A DNA stretch of 64,000 bases from Syntrophales bacterium (lineage in GTDB: Bacteria > Desulfobacterota > Syntrophia > Syntrophales > UBA2210). Below are positions 49,820-60,429 of the stretch, one piece after another; within the stretch, counting starts at the first letter, position 1, and the number at the start of each line of letters is the position of its first letter. Made by a program: the position numbers and the translations under genes. The notes beneath the pieces are model-generated. The model worked only from the letters and a program-made list of their open reading frames with translations. It was not told the DNA's origin and did no database searches. Location of the stretch: positions 2,336,001 to 2,400,000 of the forward strand of contig CAXXKT010000001.1 in assembly GCA_963662405.2 (NCBI GenBank), written 5' to 3'.

Positions 49820-50570
49820 GATGATGGTTCTCCGGCGGCCGGGTGTCGTGTCTCACCATTTGGACTTCGGAGCCGTAAAGCTCATTGATCATCTCGCCTG
49901 AGATATCATGGGTGGCATGCACAACGACCCTTCGATTCACGCATGCCACCCGTTTCACATAGCTGGATACAAAACCCAGATCGTGGGTTACAATAACAAC
50001 GGTCATCTTTTCGTTGAGATGATTGAGAAGTTCAAACAACTCCGTTTCCACGGCGGCGTCAACATTGGAGGTGGGTTCATCCAGAAGGAGAAGATCCGGA
50101 TCCGTCACGAGCGCCCTGGCGATCAATACCCGTTGGTGCTGGCCGCCGGAAAGATCCGAAAAGGAACGATTGCGCACATCCAGGAGTTCCATTTTGCGAA
50201 GAGCCTCCTCCGCTTTCTCTCGGTCCGATTTTCCGAAAAACCCAAATTGTCTGCCGTTTCCCATGCGTCCCATCAAAACTACATCCATAACACTGACCGG
50301 AAAAAGCGGATCCAGGTTCGAATGCTGAGGCATATAGCCGATGCGTGAGCAGGCTTTGGCAGGTGGTAGGCCGAACACCTGGATGGAACCACTCGTGGGC
50401 TTGAGCAGCCCGAGAATGAGTTTGAGCAGGGTTGTCTTGCCCCCGGCGTTGGGTCCTACCAAGGATAGAAAGTCCCTCTCATAGACCACGAGGTTCACGC
50501 TGTCGAGCACACGGAAACCGTTGTAGGAAAAGGAGACATTTTCGATTTTGATAGCGGGCTGCTTGTCCAT
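49812..50570 (-). CDS. znuC: Zn/Mn ABC transporter ATPase
   Basis: GPNAGGKTT, LSGGQ, LLLDEP; His-rich tail. Confidence 0.92.
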   Translation of the reverse strand: MDKQPAIKIENVSFSYNGFRVLDSVNLVVYERDFLSLVGPNAGGKTTLLKLILGLLKPTSGSIQVFGLPPAKACSRIGYMPQHSNLDPLFPVSVMDVVLMGRMGNGRQFGFFGKSDREKAEEALRKMELLDVRNRSFSDLSGGQHQRVLIARALVTDPDLLLLDEPTSNVDAAVETELFELLNHLNEKMTVVIVTHDLGFVSSYVKRVACVNRRVVVHATHDISGEMINELYGSEVQMVRHDTRPPENHHHG

Positions 50571-51431
50571 CTATTTCCTCATTAGGGCCCCTCTGAGAAG
50601 GCCTGCCATTTGTTCGAGATTGCCAAGATAATCGCGGGGCAGAGGATTCATGGGAACCACCGCACCTCCGATTTCTCTGGCAATGGTTTCGGCATCCTTT
50701 TTTGCGTACTGGGGCTGCACAAAGATCACCTTGACCCCCTCGCTGCGGGCTTTGTTGATCAAATGCGACAGTTGCTTAGGTGAAGGCTGTTTTCCTTCGA
50801 TCTCGACCGCAACCTGCTCGAGACCGTATCGATCTCCGAAATAGCCGAATGCGGGATGAAAGACATAGAACCTGGACCCTTTCAGGGGGGCAAGCGTTTC
50901 CGCAATTTCTTTATCGACACGGTCTAGATCGCGCTGAAAACTTTGGAGGTTGTTTTCGAAGGACGTGCGGTGGTCGGGTGCCACGCGTGTCAGGGCTTCG
51001 CAAATCGTGGCGGCTTGGATCTTGACCCGTGCGGGGTCCAGCCAGATGTGTGGATCGGGAACCGATTCGCCTTTGGATCTTTTGAAATACCGAAGACTAA
51101 CCCCCTTCCGGGTATCCACGATCTCAAGGTTCTTGTATGTATCTTTCAGCTTGTCGATGAATCCTTTCTCAAAAGGTGTTCCAATCCTGAAATAGACCGC
51201 CGCCTCTCCCAATCGAGCTATCTGTTTAGGGCTAGGCTCATAGGTAGCAGGCGATTGTCCCGGGCCGACCAGCACTTCGACCTCCACCTGAGACCCACCA
51301 ACCCTTTCCACAAAATATGCCTGCGGCAGGATGCTCACAAAGGCTTTGATTCTGGATGCATCACCAGCAGCCGGCCCGGAGATGATCGAAGAGATTAGGA
51401 TCGAAAAACAAAAAAACAGGGCCTTTTTCAT
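50571..51431 (-). CDS. znuA: Zn/Mn ABC substrate-binding protein
   Basis: Signal peptide from ATG 51431; SPATYEP, DPHIWL, FHPAFGYF. Confidence 0.9.
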   Translation of the reverse strand: MKKALFFCFSILISSIISGPAAGDASRIKAFVSILPQAYFVERVGGSQVEVEVLVGPGQSPATYEPSPKQIARLGEAAVYFRIGTPFEKGFIDKLKDTYKNLEIVDTRKGVSLRYFKRSKGESVPDPHIWLDPARVKIQAATICEALTRVAPDHRTSFENNLQSFQRDLDRVDKEIAETLAPLKGSRFYVFHPAFGYFGDRYGLEQVAVEIEGKQPSPKQLSHLINKARSEGVKVIFVQPQYAKKDAETIAREIGGAVVPMNPLPRDYLGNLEQMAGLLRGALMRK

Positions 51432-51499
51432 TTTTGTGTCTCCTTTTACTTTGATGCTTTTTTTTGCGCATGTTCCCGGGTCTCTTTTCCCTGGAATTT

Positions 51500-51754
51500 C
51501 TAGCCATTTGAGCAGATCAAGACACGCTCGTGGCACTTTTTGCATCGCTCGATCGCGTGGTCCTCTGAAAAAACATCCCAGTGATGTTTTTGGTTTTTGT
51601 TCAGTATTCCGGAACCCCCGCAGAGCGGACACACACTCCCCAAGGCCTCGACGAGTGCCGAACGGATAAATGCAGACCGGTTCGGAATGTTCTGGATGGC
51701 GCTGAACAGTTCGTCATCCACTTTAAAGGTAATGATGCTCTGTTTCTTGTTCAT
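51500..51754 (-). CDS. CopG/RHH regulator with C-terminal Cys/His metal-binding domain
   Basis: IITFKVD...NRSAFIRSA RHH; CPLC, H, CKKCH, C. Confidence 0.8.
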   Translation of the reverse strand: MNKKQSIITFKVDDELFSAIQNIPNRSAFIRSALVEALGSVCPLCGGSGILNKNQKHHWDVFSEDHAIERCKKCHERVLICSNG

Positions 51755-51811
51755 TTCTATTCACCTCCTATCGAGGGGTCCCAGTCTACCGGTTGGGCAC
51801 CTCAATACCAA

Positions 51812-51857
51812 TTATTACAAAGTAATAAATTATTATCATGTAATACCTCAAAGTCAA
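51812..51857 (-). promoter_or_regulatory. Promoter with tandem TATTAC-N3-GTAATA operators
   Basis: TTATTAC-AAA-GTAATAA (51812-28) and TATTAT-CAT-GTAATA (51831-45); TTGACT -35 at 51857-51852. Confidence 0.65.
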
Positions 51858-51973
51858 GCAAAAAAGATTGCACGGAAACTTGGGAGGATTTTTTCTAAAG
51901 AATTGACATTATGAGAGCCCTGAATAAAATAGGCTATGTTGAAAGTACTTCATGGGGAATTCGGGGGACACAA

Positions 51974-53245
51974 TGATCTTCCCCCAGAAAAACGGACACC
52001 TAGGTTAGGGGACAACCCCGGCGTTTTCAAATGCCAGGGGGCTTCTGTACTTTAACGCAGAATGTCTGCGCGTGCGATTATAAAACAGCTCAATATAATC
52101 AAAAAGGCTCGTTCTAGCTTCCGATCGTGTTTTGTAATCCTCAAAACCAACCCACTCGGTCTTCAAAGAATGAAAGAAACTTTCCATCGGTGCGTTATCC
52201 CAACAGTTGCCTCTCCGGCTCATACTGCAGATGACACCCAAATTGTTCAGTAGGTACTGATACGATGTCGAAGCATATTGCGCACCCTGATCGGAATGTA
52301 AAAGCACCCCCTGGATATCTCCCCGATGAGCAGCCGCCATCTTTAATGCGTCTACGGCGAGTTGTGCACTATTTCTGTCTCCCATCGACCAACCTACAAT
52401 CATTCGGGAATACAGATCCATAATCGCTGACACATACAACCAGCCTTTGCGAGTGGGTCTAAAGGTCACATCGGATACCCACTTCTGATTCGGCTTCTCT
52501 GAAGAAAATATCCTTCCCAGTATGTTCTCAGCCGGTCTTTTCGTCCTCCTTGAATCGGTTGTAACGACAAAGCGCTTATGAACCTTCGATTGAATATCGG
52601 CTTTGCGCATCAAAAAAGCCACGGTGTTTCTACCGACTCTTTCGCCTTGATCAACCAACTCCCCATGAATCCGTGGCGAGCCGTATATCTTCCTGCTGGC
52701 TATATGCGCCCGCCTTATCTTCACCAGCAAATCCCGGTGTCGCTTTGTTCGTAAACTCTCCGGACGACCCAACCAACCATAATAGCCACTCCGGGATACC
52801 TCCAGAACCCGACACATCACCGCCACACTGAAATGCGTTCTCTGCGACCGAATAAACTGATACTTTACTTCAACTCGCGCGCAAAGAACGCTGCGGCTTT
52901 TTTTAAGATTTCATTCTCTTCCTTTACTTTGGCTAACTCATGCCGTAATCGACGGGTCTCGTCCGCTGCGGTCCCGCTTGCTGGGCGTCGTCCGGATCCG
53001 GGAAACGCACCGCCACCCGCTCTATCCACCGTCTCTTTCCACTTATACAACTGGTTCCTTCGTATCCCCAACTCACGGGCCAGTTCAGCAGGTGGCTTTT
53101 TCCCCTCGTCCATCAATCGCACTGCTTCAAGCTTAAACTCCCGGCTAAATGCCTGTCGCTTCCCTCTCATCGGACACTCCTTTCTTCTCCATTGTATACG
53201 CATCCGGATACTTTTTGAAGTGTCCGTTAAACTGGGGAAGGTTCA
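51974..53245 (-). mobile_element. Second IS3-family element (OrfA 52865-53170, OrfB ending 52005)
   Basis: TG...CA ends with IRs TGATCTTCCCCCAGAAAAACGGACAC / GTGTCCGTTAAACTGGGGAAGGTTCA; HSDQGAQY, DNAPMESFF. Confidence 0.92.
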
Positions 53246-53453
53246 GCTTACCTATTTCCCTTGAGAGATGTTCGATGCAGATTGCAGAAAGTTACGGCTT
53301 CCCCCTTTAAACTGATTTTCAAGAAAACACCATCCCGGGATACCTTATGTGTACGCGCTGTCAAACGCGTGCCGAGGAGCTTGTACCATGTCGAAGCTGA
53401 TACCCGCCGGGAGTATGTGCCGTTCGGACATTATACTCCCGGCGGATATGTCA

Positions 53454-54665
53454 CTATGCCTTGTAATAGGGTGTTTCGGTCATATCCTTGGCCCGCACAC
53501 CCTTGGCGTAGGCCGCTTTGCCCACCACAAATTCTTCTTCCGGAGCCGTTGTCGTTGTGATGCCGATGTTTTGGTAGGTTTTCCGAATCAGCTTGCGCGC
53601 CGCCGCATCCAGATCCGGAACGAAGTTGTGTTTATAGTGAAAATCGGGGAAGAGGCCGCCGTTGCCGCCGACACACCACTGGAAGTACTTGTTGTGGGCC
53701 CAGGGATGAATGCCTCTCAGGATTAAGGGCATCTGCAGCTTGAAAAAGGCGTCATGAGCGGGCTCCAACTGGTTATATATCTTTATCGCTTGATCGTATT
53801 TCCCGTCACCAAAGAGTTTCATCATCTCGACGCCATACTGCTTTTCCGGAGACTGCACCGCCTCGACATTCCACTGTCCGCTCCACTGCATATGGAATTG
53901 CTTTGCCAGGGACGGCACAAAATCCAGGTTGGTCAGTCCGACATGCAGCCTGTCGCTCACCGTCTCACAGAGCTGGACGCTGGCGGTGAGGCTCACCGGT
54001 TGCGAAACCTTTACCGCTACGACATTGGGCAGATCCGCCAGGCGATCAAAGACCCTGAGGGGAAGGCCGTTTGGACCGAACTTGTTGTAGGCGGGGACAA
54101 CATTCGCGTAGAGCACGACGGGCAGAGAGGTGGCAGTGATCCGCTGAACGTAGGCCTCGTACAGTTTTTCTTCCGTTTTAGGGCGAAAGAAAGGAATGAG
54201 GTGGGGCGCAATCAGGAGGTGCGTGCAACCCGTCTTTTCGCAGAATCTGATCATTTCCAGATCGGCCGCCAGCGGTTTCCCGATCACCGTGGCCCCGACC
54301 ATGATCTTACCCTGTGCCTCGTCGCAGGCTATCTTGATCAGTTGATGATGTTTCTCCAGACTCCTGCCGATACCGGCGGCAAAGCAGAAGACCGAAAAGA
54401 AACCGTGACGGATGCTGTTGCGGACGTCGTTGCGTATGCCTTCTTCGTCGAGGGTACTGAGATCCGTCTGAAAAGAAGGCATGAGCAGCGCCTCCATGCC
54501 CTTATAGTGCTCCCTGGCCCACTCTTTTTGCTGGCTGAGCTTGATTTTCTTGATGGCCGGGGCAGCCGGTTTCTGTTCGGCAAAGGCCGATGAAATACCC
54601 ATCGTTAACCCGGCAGTCGCGACACCTCCCGCGGCCAGCACCTTCATGAATGCTCTTCTTTCCAT
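53454..54665 (-). CDS. DHDPS/NAL-family aldolase with Tat signal peptide
   Basis: MERRAFMK...SAFA; LPVVLY, LADLPNVVAVK (Schiff-base Lys). Confidence 0.8.
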   Translation of the reverse strand: MERRAFMKVLAAGGVATAGLTMGISSAFAEQKPAAPAIKKIKLSQQKEWAREHYKGMEALLMPSFQTDLSTLDEEGIRNDVRNSIRHGFFSVFCFAAGIGRSLEKHHQLIKIACDEAQGKIMVGATVIGKPLAADLEMIRFCEKTGCTHLLIAPHLIPFFRPKTEEKLYEAYVQRITATSLPVVLYANVVPAYNKFGPNGLPLRVFDRLADLPNVVAVKVSQPVSLTASVQLCETVSDRLHVGLTNLDFVPSLAKQFHMQWSGQWNVEAVQSPEKQYGVEMMKLFGDGKYDQAIKIYNQLEPAHDAFFKLQMPLILRGIHPWAHNKYFQWCVGGNGGLFPDFHYKHNFVPDLDAAARKLIRKTYQNIGITTTTAPEEEFVVGKAAYAKGVRAKDMTETPYYKA

Positions 54666-54739
54666 GTGTTCCCCCTGTCTGTGTTTCATCAGGATTGATC
54701 TTTCGGGACCTGACGTACTGCCATGTATCGCTGGAACGG

Positions 54740-56263
54740 TTACTGACATTTTTCACACCCTTCACGGCCCAGCTTACGGTATTCTTCGTCACTCCAGACG
54801 GGTTTCCCCCCGAAGATTGCCTTGTATATCTTGCAGTGATTGCACTGATCCGTGAAGGTGCGATCATTCAGGATATCCTGTTTGAGACTTTCTTGGGTGA
54901 CCTCCTCGGAAGACATGCGGATGCCGCCATCCGCAGGGGTGTCAAAGATGATCATCTTTTCCGCACCCGCCGCGCTGTTCCAGGGTTTCCACCGCACCTC
55001 ACCGCCGTCCCTGCCTGTGCCGGGATTGCCCCGATAGGCAAACTCCGTCCAGTAAGACATCATGCTGGCCGACAGCGCGCGTCGGGCCGGTATGTTCTTG
55101 TTGCCCAGCGGTACGAGAAAGCGTATTTCCTGGCCGAAGACGAACGGGATTTCCACCGTGTGACCGGCACCGATGGCCACAGACATATCCCATGTGCCCA
55201 GCATGCCTTGCTCGTCCCAATCGAAACGATACACATAGAGATCATGGTGTCCTCCCTTTTTCATGGCGCGGGCGATATCATCCACACCGCGCTGCTTCCA
55301 GGCCATCGATCCGTACGTGGTGAAGCGCACGTAATCCCCCGGATCGGTCGCCAGTACTGTTCCCCAGTACGAATCATTAAAGAGATACGTGCGTCGTTCA
55401 TCTCGGTTGGTTCCAATGATAAGCGGCACTTTATTGAACATGCCGGTCTCGAATGCCTTGATTTCAGGCTCCACCGACAGGACGTATCCGTCGCCGAACA
55501 GGCGCGGGGCAGGGTAGAGGCGCATGCCCGTGGGATTCATGATTTTGTATATCTGTGCCGGTGTCTGGCTGTAGAGGAGTTGCCGGATTTCCTGGTCTGA
55601 CATGGCCATCTGCTTGGCTTTTGCTTCCGTGCGGTTCCCGGCCTTGCCGTCGCGGATCAGGATCTTGTTGACCACTTCCTTTGCGCTGTTGGACGATCCG
55701 GGCACGGCATCGTCGGAATAATTCACCATGGTGTAGAGCGGCATCTTCTGCAGGACACCGCTCTGGGCGATGGCGCGGTGAAAGAGGCCCTTTGCACGGG
55801 GTGAACCGAGGAGGGAGAGGACGTTGACGGCGCCGGCCGATTCACCGAAAATGGTGACATTGCCGGGTGCGTACACGTTCAGGTACAGGCAATCTTCGGA
55901 ACCGATAAAACCGTCTTTCGCCATTATTCCCCCTGCCAGAAAGGAGCTCTGGAAACAGGCATCGCAGTATTGGGTGGCGGCGAATCGTCCCGTCCAGGGT
56001 TTCGGTGGACGCGGGGCCTTCCAGCGGAGGTCGCCCATCGGCGGCTCCGCGAAGGGGATGCCGAGCCAGACCAGCGCGCCGTTGGCGGCCACCTTCCCGG
56101 TCAGCTCGCCTTGGGCGATATGGCGCAGCGTTGCCTTTTCCGCCGTACTCACTGCTTGACTTTGAACGGATTCCTCCGCCTGAGCGCTGTGTAGCACTCC
56201 CACCGGGAAGGCGCTGAACATCAGGCACACAATGGAAAGAAGACAGAACAATACATGATTCAT
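54740..56263 (-). CDS. Type-B carboxylesterase, secreted, with internal in-frame deletion (probably inactive)
   Basis: GIPFAEPPMGDLRWKAP; EDCLYLNVYAP joined directly to GNVTIFGESAG; GTNRDE; GAGHTVEI. Confidence 0.85.
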   Translation of the reverse strand: MNHVLFCLLSIVCLMFSAFPVGVLHSAQAEESVQSQAVSTAEKATLRHIAQGELTGKVAANGALVWLGIPFAEPPMGDLRWKAPRPPKPWTGRFAATQYCDACFQSSFLAGGIMAKDGFIGSEDCLYLNVYAPGNVTIFGESAGAVNVLSLLGSPRAKGLFHRAIAQSGVLQKMPLYTMVNYSDDAVPGSSNSAKEVVNKILIRDGKAGNRTEAKAKQMAMSDQEIRQLLYSQTPAQIYKIMNPTGMRLYPAPRLFGDGYVLSVEPEIKAFETGMFNKVPLIIGTNRDERRTYLFNDSYWGTVLATDPGDYVRFTTYGSMAWKQRGVDDIARAMKKGGHHDLYVYRFDWDEQGMLGTWDMSVAIGAGHTVEIPFVFGQEIRFLVPLGNKNIPARRALSASMMSYWTEFAYRGNPGTGRDGGEVRWKPWNSAAGAEKMIIFDTPADGGIRMSSEEVTQESLKQDILNDRTFTDQCNHCKIYKAIFGGKPVWSDEEYRKLGREGCEKCQ

Positions 56264-56375
56264 AACATGCCTCCTTGAGATATTATTAGGTCTCTCGGTT
56301 CTGGTGAATAAATCTTTTTTACGTGATGATGGCTGACGACTTGGGTATGTGAAAATTATGTCTAAAATTGCATAT

Positions 56376-56391
56376 AGCAATATGTTTGCCA
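56376..56391 (-). promoter_or_regulatory. sigma54 promoter (esterase-aldolase operon)
   Basis: TGGCAAACATATTGCT (GG-N10-GC). Confidence 0.75.
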
Positions 56392-56550
56392 CAACGGCAT
56401 TGGCGCTGCAAAAGGAGGTAAAACGATCAAATACAAGGGGTTGGGAATGTCAAAAGGGGGGAGGGTACTGTGTTGTCACTGTAATGCCTGTAATGGAGGT
56501 TGTAGCGTTACAGTGACTGTTACATCACATTGCATTTCCTTTCCCCTCTC

Positions 56551-58083
56551 TCACAAGGGGATATTGCCGTGTTTTTTGGGGGGAACCGTTCTTTTGACAT
56601 TCTTGTACGTGCTCAGCTGATCGATGAGATAGGGCCGCAACACCGCCGGATCGATGACGTCGTTTATAAGACCGACGGCAGCGGGACCATAGGGGTGGGA
56701 AAAACGTTCACGAAGCGCTTGAATGATCTCTTCCCGGCGCTTTTCCGGATCTTCCGCGTGGGCAACGTCGCCGGCAAAAAGCAGATTCACGGTTGCCTCC
56801 GGGCCCATGACCCCGAATTCCGCCGTGGGTAGCGCCACGATGAAATCCGCTCCCAGTCCTTGGGCGCACATGGCCGAATAGGCGCCGCCGTATGCCTTGC
56901 GAACCACGATCGTGAGCTTGGGCACCGTGGCTTCCGCGTAGGCGTACAGGAGCTTTGCCCCGTGGCGGATGATGGCCCCCTGCTCCTGCTGAGTGCCCGG
57001 GAGATAGCCGGGGCAGTCCACAAAGGTCAGAAGCGGAATATTGAAGGCGTTGCAAAATCGGATGAATCGCGCCGCCTTGACCGAGGCGTTGATGTCGAGA
57101 CAACCGGCCATATGAATCGGCTGGTTGGCGATGATCCCCACGGTCTCACCATCCATCCGGGCAAAGCCGACGCAGATATTCCGGGCAAAGTTGGCATGCA
57201 CTTCGAGGAAATCGCCCCGGTCGACAATCATACGGATGAGCTTCCGTATATCGTAACTTTTGGCGGAGTTGACCGGGACAACATGGCGCAGATCGTCATC
57301 CGTCCGGTCGGCCGGGTCCCCCGAATCCACTCTCGGCGGTTGTTCCTGCGAGTTCAACGGGAGATAGCTCACAAGCCTTCTCACCATCTCCATGCACTCC
57401 TCTTCGCTCTCCGCCACGAAGTGGGCTGCTCCCGTCTTGGCGGCATGGATGTCCGCCGACCCCAGGTTTTCTTTGGTGACCTCCTCGCCGGTGACCGTCT
57501 TGACCACATCCGGTCCGGTAATAAACATGAGGCTGACACCCTTGACCATAAAGACGAAATCGGTCAGGGCCGGAGAATAGACGGCGCCGCCGGCGCAGGA
57601 ACCCAGAATGACCGATATCTGCGGTACATAGCCGGACAGCTGCGTGTTCCTGAAAAAGATATCCGTATAGCCGCTTGATCCCGAATCGTTGACGCGGGCG
57701 CCCGCCGAATCATTCATGCCGATAACCGGCACACCCGTTTTCAGGGATTGGTCGAGGATATGACAGATCTTTTTGGCGTGGACTCCCCCCAGCGATCCCC
57801 CCATGACGGTAAAATCCTGTGAAAAGAGAAAAACCGGTCTTGTATCGATCAGACCTTTTCCGGTCACCACCGCGTCACAGACCATCTCTTTTTTGTCCAG
57901 ATCTCTCATGAACATGTCGTGTTCGGAAAAAGTTCCGGCGTCAATGAGCAGATTGATTCTCTCCCGTGCCGTCAGTTTCCCCTTCTCGTGCTGCTGCCGG
58001 ATCTTCTTCGTTCCGCCCCCCAGCCGGGCCTTTTCTCTTTTTTGTTGTAACGATTCGATTTTATTCTCTATGGTTTCCACCAT
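56551..58083 (-). CDS. Acyl-CoA carboxylase/decarboxylase carboxyltransferase subunit (PccB/MmdA family)
   Basis: KGKLTARERI, QDFTVMGGS, CAGGAVYSPALTD, RKAYGGAY, KKHGNIPL. Confidence 0.93.
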   Translation of the reverse strand: MVETIENKIESLQQKREKARLGGGTKKIRQQHEKGKLTARERINLLIDAGTFSEHDMFMRDLDKKEMVCDAVVTGKGLIDTRPVFLFSQDFTVMGGSLGGVHAKKICHILDQSLKTGVPVIGMNDSAGARVNDSGSSGYTDIFFRNTQLSGYVPQISVILGSCAGGAVYSPALTDFVFMVKGVSLMFITGPDVVKTVTGEEVTKENLGSADIHAAKTGAAHFVAESEEECMEMVRRLVSYLPLNSQEQPPRVDSGDPADRTDDDLRHVVPVNSAKSYDIRKLIRMIVDRGDFLEVHANFARNICVGFARMDGETVGIIANQPIHMAGCLDINASVKAARFIRFCNAFNIPLLTFVDCPGYLPGTQQEQGAIIRHGAKLLYAYAEATVPKLTIVVRKAYGGAYSAMCAQGLGADFIVALPTAEFGVMGPEATVNLLFAGDVAHAEDPEKRREEIIQALRERFSHPYGPAAVGLINDVIDPAVLRPYLIDQLSTYKNVKRTVPPKKHGNIPL

Positions 58084-58181
58084 CCACCTCCGCACAACGG
58101 CGTCGTGTTTCAGTCTGTGTATGAGCTTTTATACGACAACGATGATCGATTGGTTGATATTCGACCGATCCGCATTGATTA

Positions 58182-58197
58182 TGCAAGCATACTGCCA
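58182..58197 (-). promoter_or_regulatory. sigma54 promoter (carboxyltransferase)
   Basis: TGGCAGTATGCTTGCA. Confidence 0.78.
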
Positions 58198-58346
58198 GAA
58201 TGAAACATGAAGGGAGGTAAGGAGATAAAGATAATAAATACGAAATGATACGCTTTTACAGTAGTGGTTCTTACGCCATACGCCAGTGTAGCACCTGTAA
58301 CAGGCACAGTTCCATTACTGCGTCTGTTACACTTCAGGCTGTGTTA

Positions 58347-60272
58347 TCACTGTTCCGATTGAACGCCGGTAGTTGACTGATTTTGCTTTTTCATTTTTCT
58401 GTAGAGGGTTGTGCGCGAAATACCCAACATTTTTGCGGCTGCTGATTTGTTGCCATCCAACGTATCGAGGGCTTGATGGATATCCTCGTCTTTAACGGAC
58501 GGCATTTGGGTCGAAACCTGATGTGCATTGGTTTTTGCCTGTGAGTGCGGTCTTACCGTGAAACAATCCTGCAGAATGCGGATATAGGCATCTACCTCCA
58601 GTTTTACATTTTGCACCAGAACGGAAAAACGCTCTACAACATTTTCAAGTTCACGAATATTGCCCGGCCATGAATAGCGTTGAAGGATCTGAAAAATCTC
58701 GGCACATGGTCCCTCGAATACGCGTGACAGGGACGGTGACTTTCTCACCAGTATGGACCGGATCAGCTCGGGAATATCCTCCAGATGATCCCTCAGGGGA
58801 GGCAGTTGCAGCTCCAGCACATTTAACCGGTAATAGAGGTCCTGTCTGAATTTTCCTGATTGGACAAGCCCCCAGAGATCCTGGTTTGTCGCTGCGATTA
58901 TCCGGACATCGATGGGAATAAGCCGGTCACCGCCAATTCTCATAACTTCTTTTTCCTGTAAAACACGCAATAGGCGAACTTGAACGGAAGGGAGAATCTC
59001 TCCGACCTCATCCAGAAAGATGGTGCCGCTGTGGGCCATTTCAAACAGGCCGATTTTCCCTTCCGCTTTCGCTCCCGTGAAAGACCCTCTTTCATACCCG
59101 AAAAGTTCGCTGTCCAGCAGGGATTCCGTCAGCGCCCCGCAATTAATAGATACGAAGGGACGGAGACGGCGCGAACTGCTGTTGTGAATGCCCTGGGCGA
59201 TCAATTCCTTGCCGGTTCCCGTTTCCCCGGTAATCAATACGGCTGAATCAGACATGGCAAACATCTTGGCCTTATCGATGGTCCGGCGAAGGACGGCACT
59301 GTTGCCGGCAATATCATCAAACGTGTATTGGGTAACGAATCTTTTTTTAAACAGATCACGGCGGATTTTCTCCTCCGCTTTTCGAATGGATTCCGCGTCA
59401 TGAAGGACGGTCACCTGGCCGTAACACTGGTTATTCACTTTTATCGGGACGGAGCTGAAAATAAGAGATTTTTTGCCATAATTGCCTAATTGATTCAATC
59501 GAGGCAGGAAGTTGCCTTCTTCCTCCTCCAGCTTCAAATCGGGAAAGATGTCTTCAATCTTTTTCCCGATTACGGTCTCCGCCTTTACCCCCAGCGTCTT
59601 CTCCGCCGCCGGATTAAAGGTGGAGATATGGGATCTCCTGTCAAGGCCAATAATACCTGTGTAACTATAATCAACAATGGATTTAAAGGTTTCCGCCCGC
59701 TCTGTCTCCTTCAGGTACCGGGTTATCATCTGAACGGCAAAGCTCAAAGCCTCCCGCATACCCTCCGATGAATAGATAAAGATGCTTTTTATCCCGAATT
59801 TCTCCGCCTGATCACAAACCAGACTGCTGCCAATAACCACCTTACACCCCTCGGCCTTCAGCTTCATGAATATATCGGTGAGTTCTTCAGGGCGGCGAAA
59901 ACTGAGCTGGCGGAGCTTGATATTCAGCAAGAAAGTATATTTTTCTAATTCATTAATATCCTTCATAAAATTGATAATCGTGATCTCCCGGGAATAGGCG
60001 ATGGCCTCACCGATGGACCGCAATAATTCAAATCCGGTGATCTTGACCGGAATTGACCTGACAGCATGGCGGGTATGGAGGAAGAGGGATGTCTGATATC
60101 CGCAGACAAGGACATCGGATGGTTTCAGCTTTGGCGGGGCATCACCCGGCATAAATACATGGGAAGGGATGAGTTCCACTTTCACGCCGGGTGGAATATC
60201 CGTTTCCTTCAAAATGCTTCGGGCAAGGGTGAGCATCATATCATAACCCATGATAATGATCTTCGGATTCAT
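58347..60272 (-). CDS. PrpR-like sigma54-dependent activator (PrpR_N, PAS, AAA+, Fis HTH)
   Basis: GETGTGKE, SELFGYERGSFTGA, FLDEVGE, WPGNIREL, LGISRTTLYRK. Confidence 0.92.
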   Translation of the reverse strand: MNPKIIIMGYDMMLTLARSILKETDIPPGVKVELIPSHVFMPGDAPPKLKPSDVLVCGYQTSLFLHTRHAVRSIPVKITGFELLRSIGEAIAYSREITIINFMKDINELEKYTFLLNIKLRQLSFRRPEELTDIFMKLKAEGCKVVIGSSLVCDQAEKFGIKSIFIYSSEGMREALSFAVQMITRYLKETERAETFKSIVDYSYTGIIGLDRRSHISTFNPAAEKTLGVKAETVIGKKIEDIFPDLKLEEEEGNFLPRLNQLGNYGKKSLIFSSVPIKVNNQCYGQVTVLHDAESIRKAEEKIRRDLFKKRFVTQYTFDDIAGNSAVLRRTIDKAKMFAMSDSAVLITGETGTGKELIAQGIHNSSSRRLRPFVSINCGALTESLLDSELFGYERGSFTGAKAEGKIGLFEMAHSGTIFLDEVGEILPSVQVRLLRVLQEKEVMRIGGDRLIPIDVRIIAATNQDLWGLVQSGKFRQDLYYRLNVLELQLPPLRDHLEDIPELIRSILVRKSPSLSRVFEGPCAEIFQILQRYSWPGNIRELENVVERFSVLVQNVKLEVDAYIRILQDCFTVRPHSQAKTNAHQVSTQMPSVKDEDIHQALDTLDGNKSAAAKMLGISRTTLYRKMKKQNQSTTGVQSEQ

Positions 60273-60429
60273 CGGGCACCCTTCCTCCTCTGTGTGTCAT
60301 TGTCATGTAACGCTACTGTATCTGTTACAGAGTTACACACCCCTATCATATTGCATCGCCCTTGTCCAATACATCGTATCCTGTTATTTTCAATAATAAT
60401 AATTATTTTTTTTGCTCAATATCATTATC

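Noticed and set aside
51953..53261. GGGGAATTCGGGGGACAC...TTACCTATTTCCC flanking the second IS3, as a targeted repeat
   Set aside because: Single occurrence in the window and no target duplication, so it cannot be supported.
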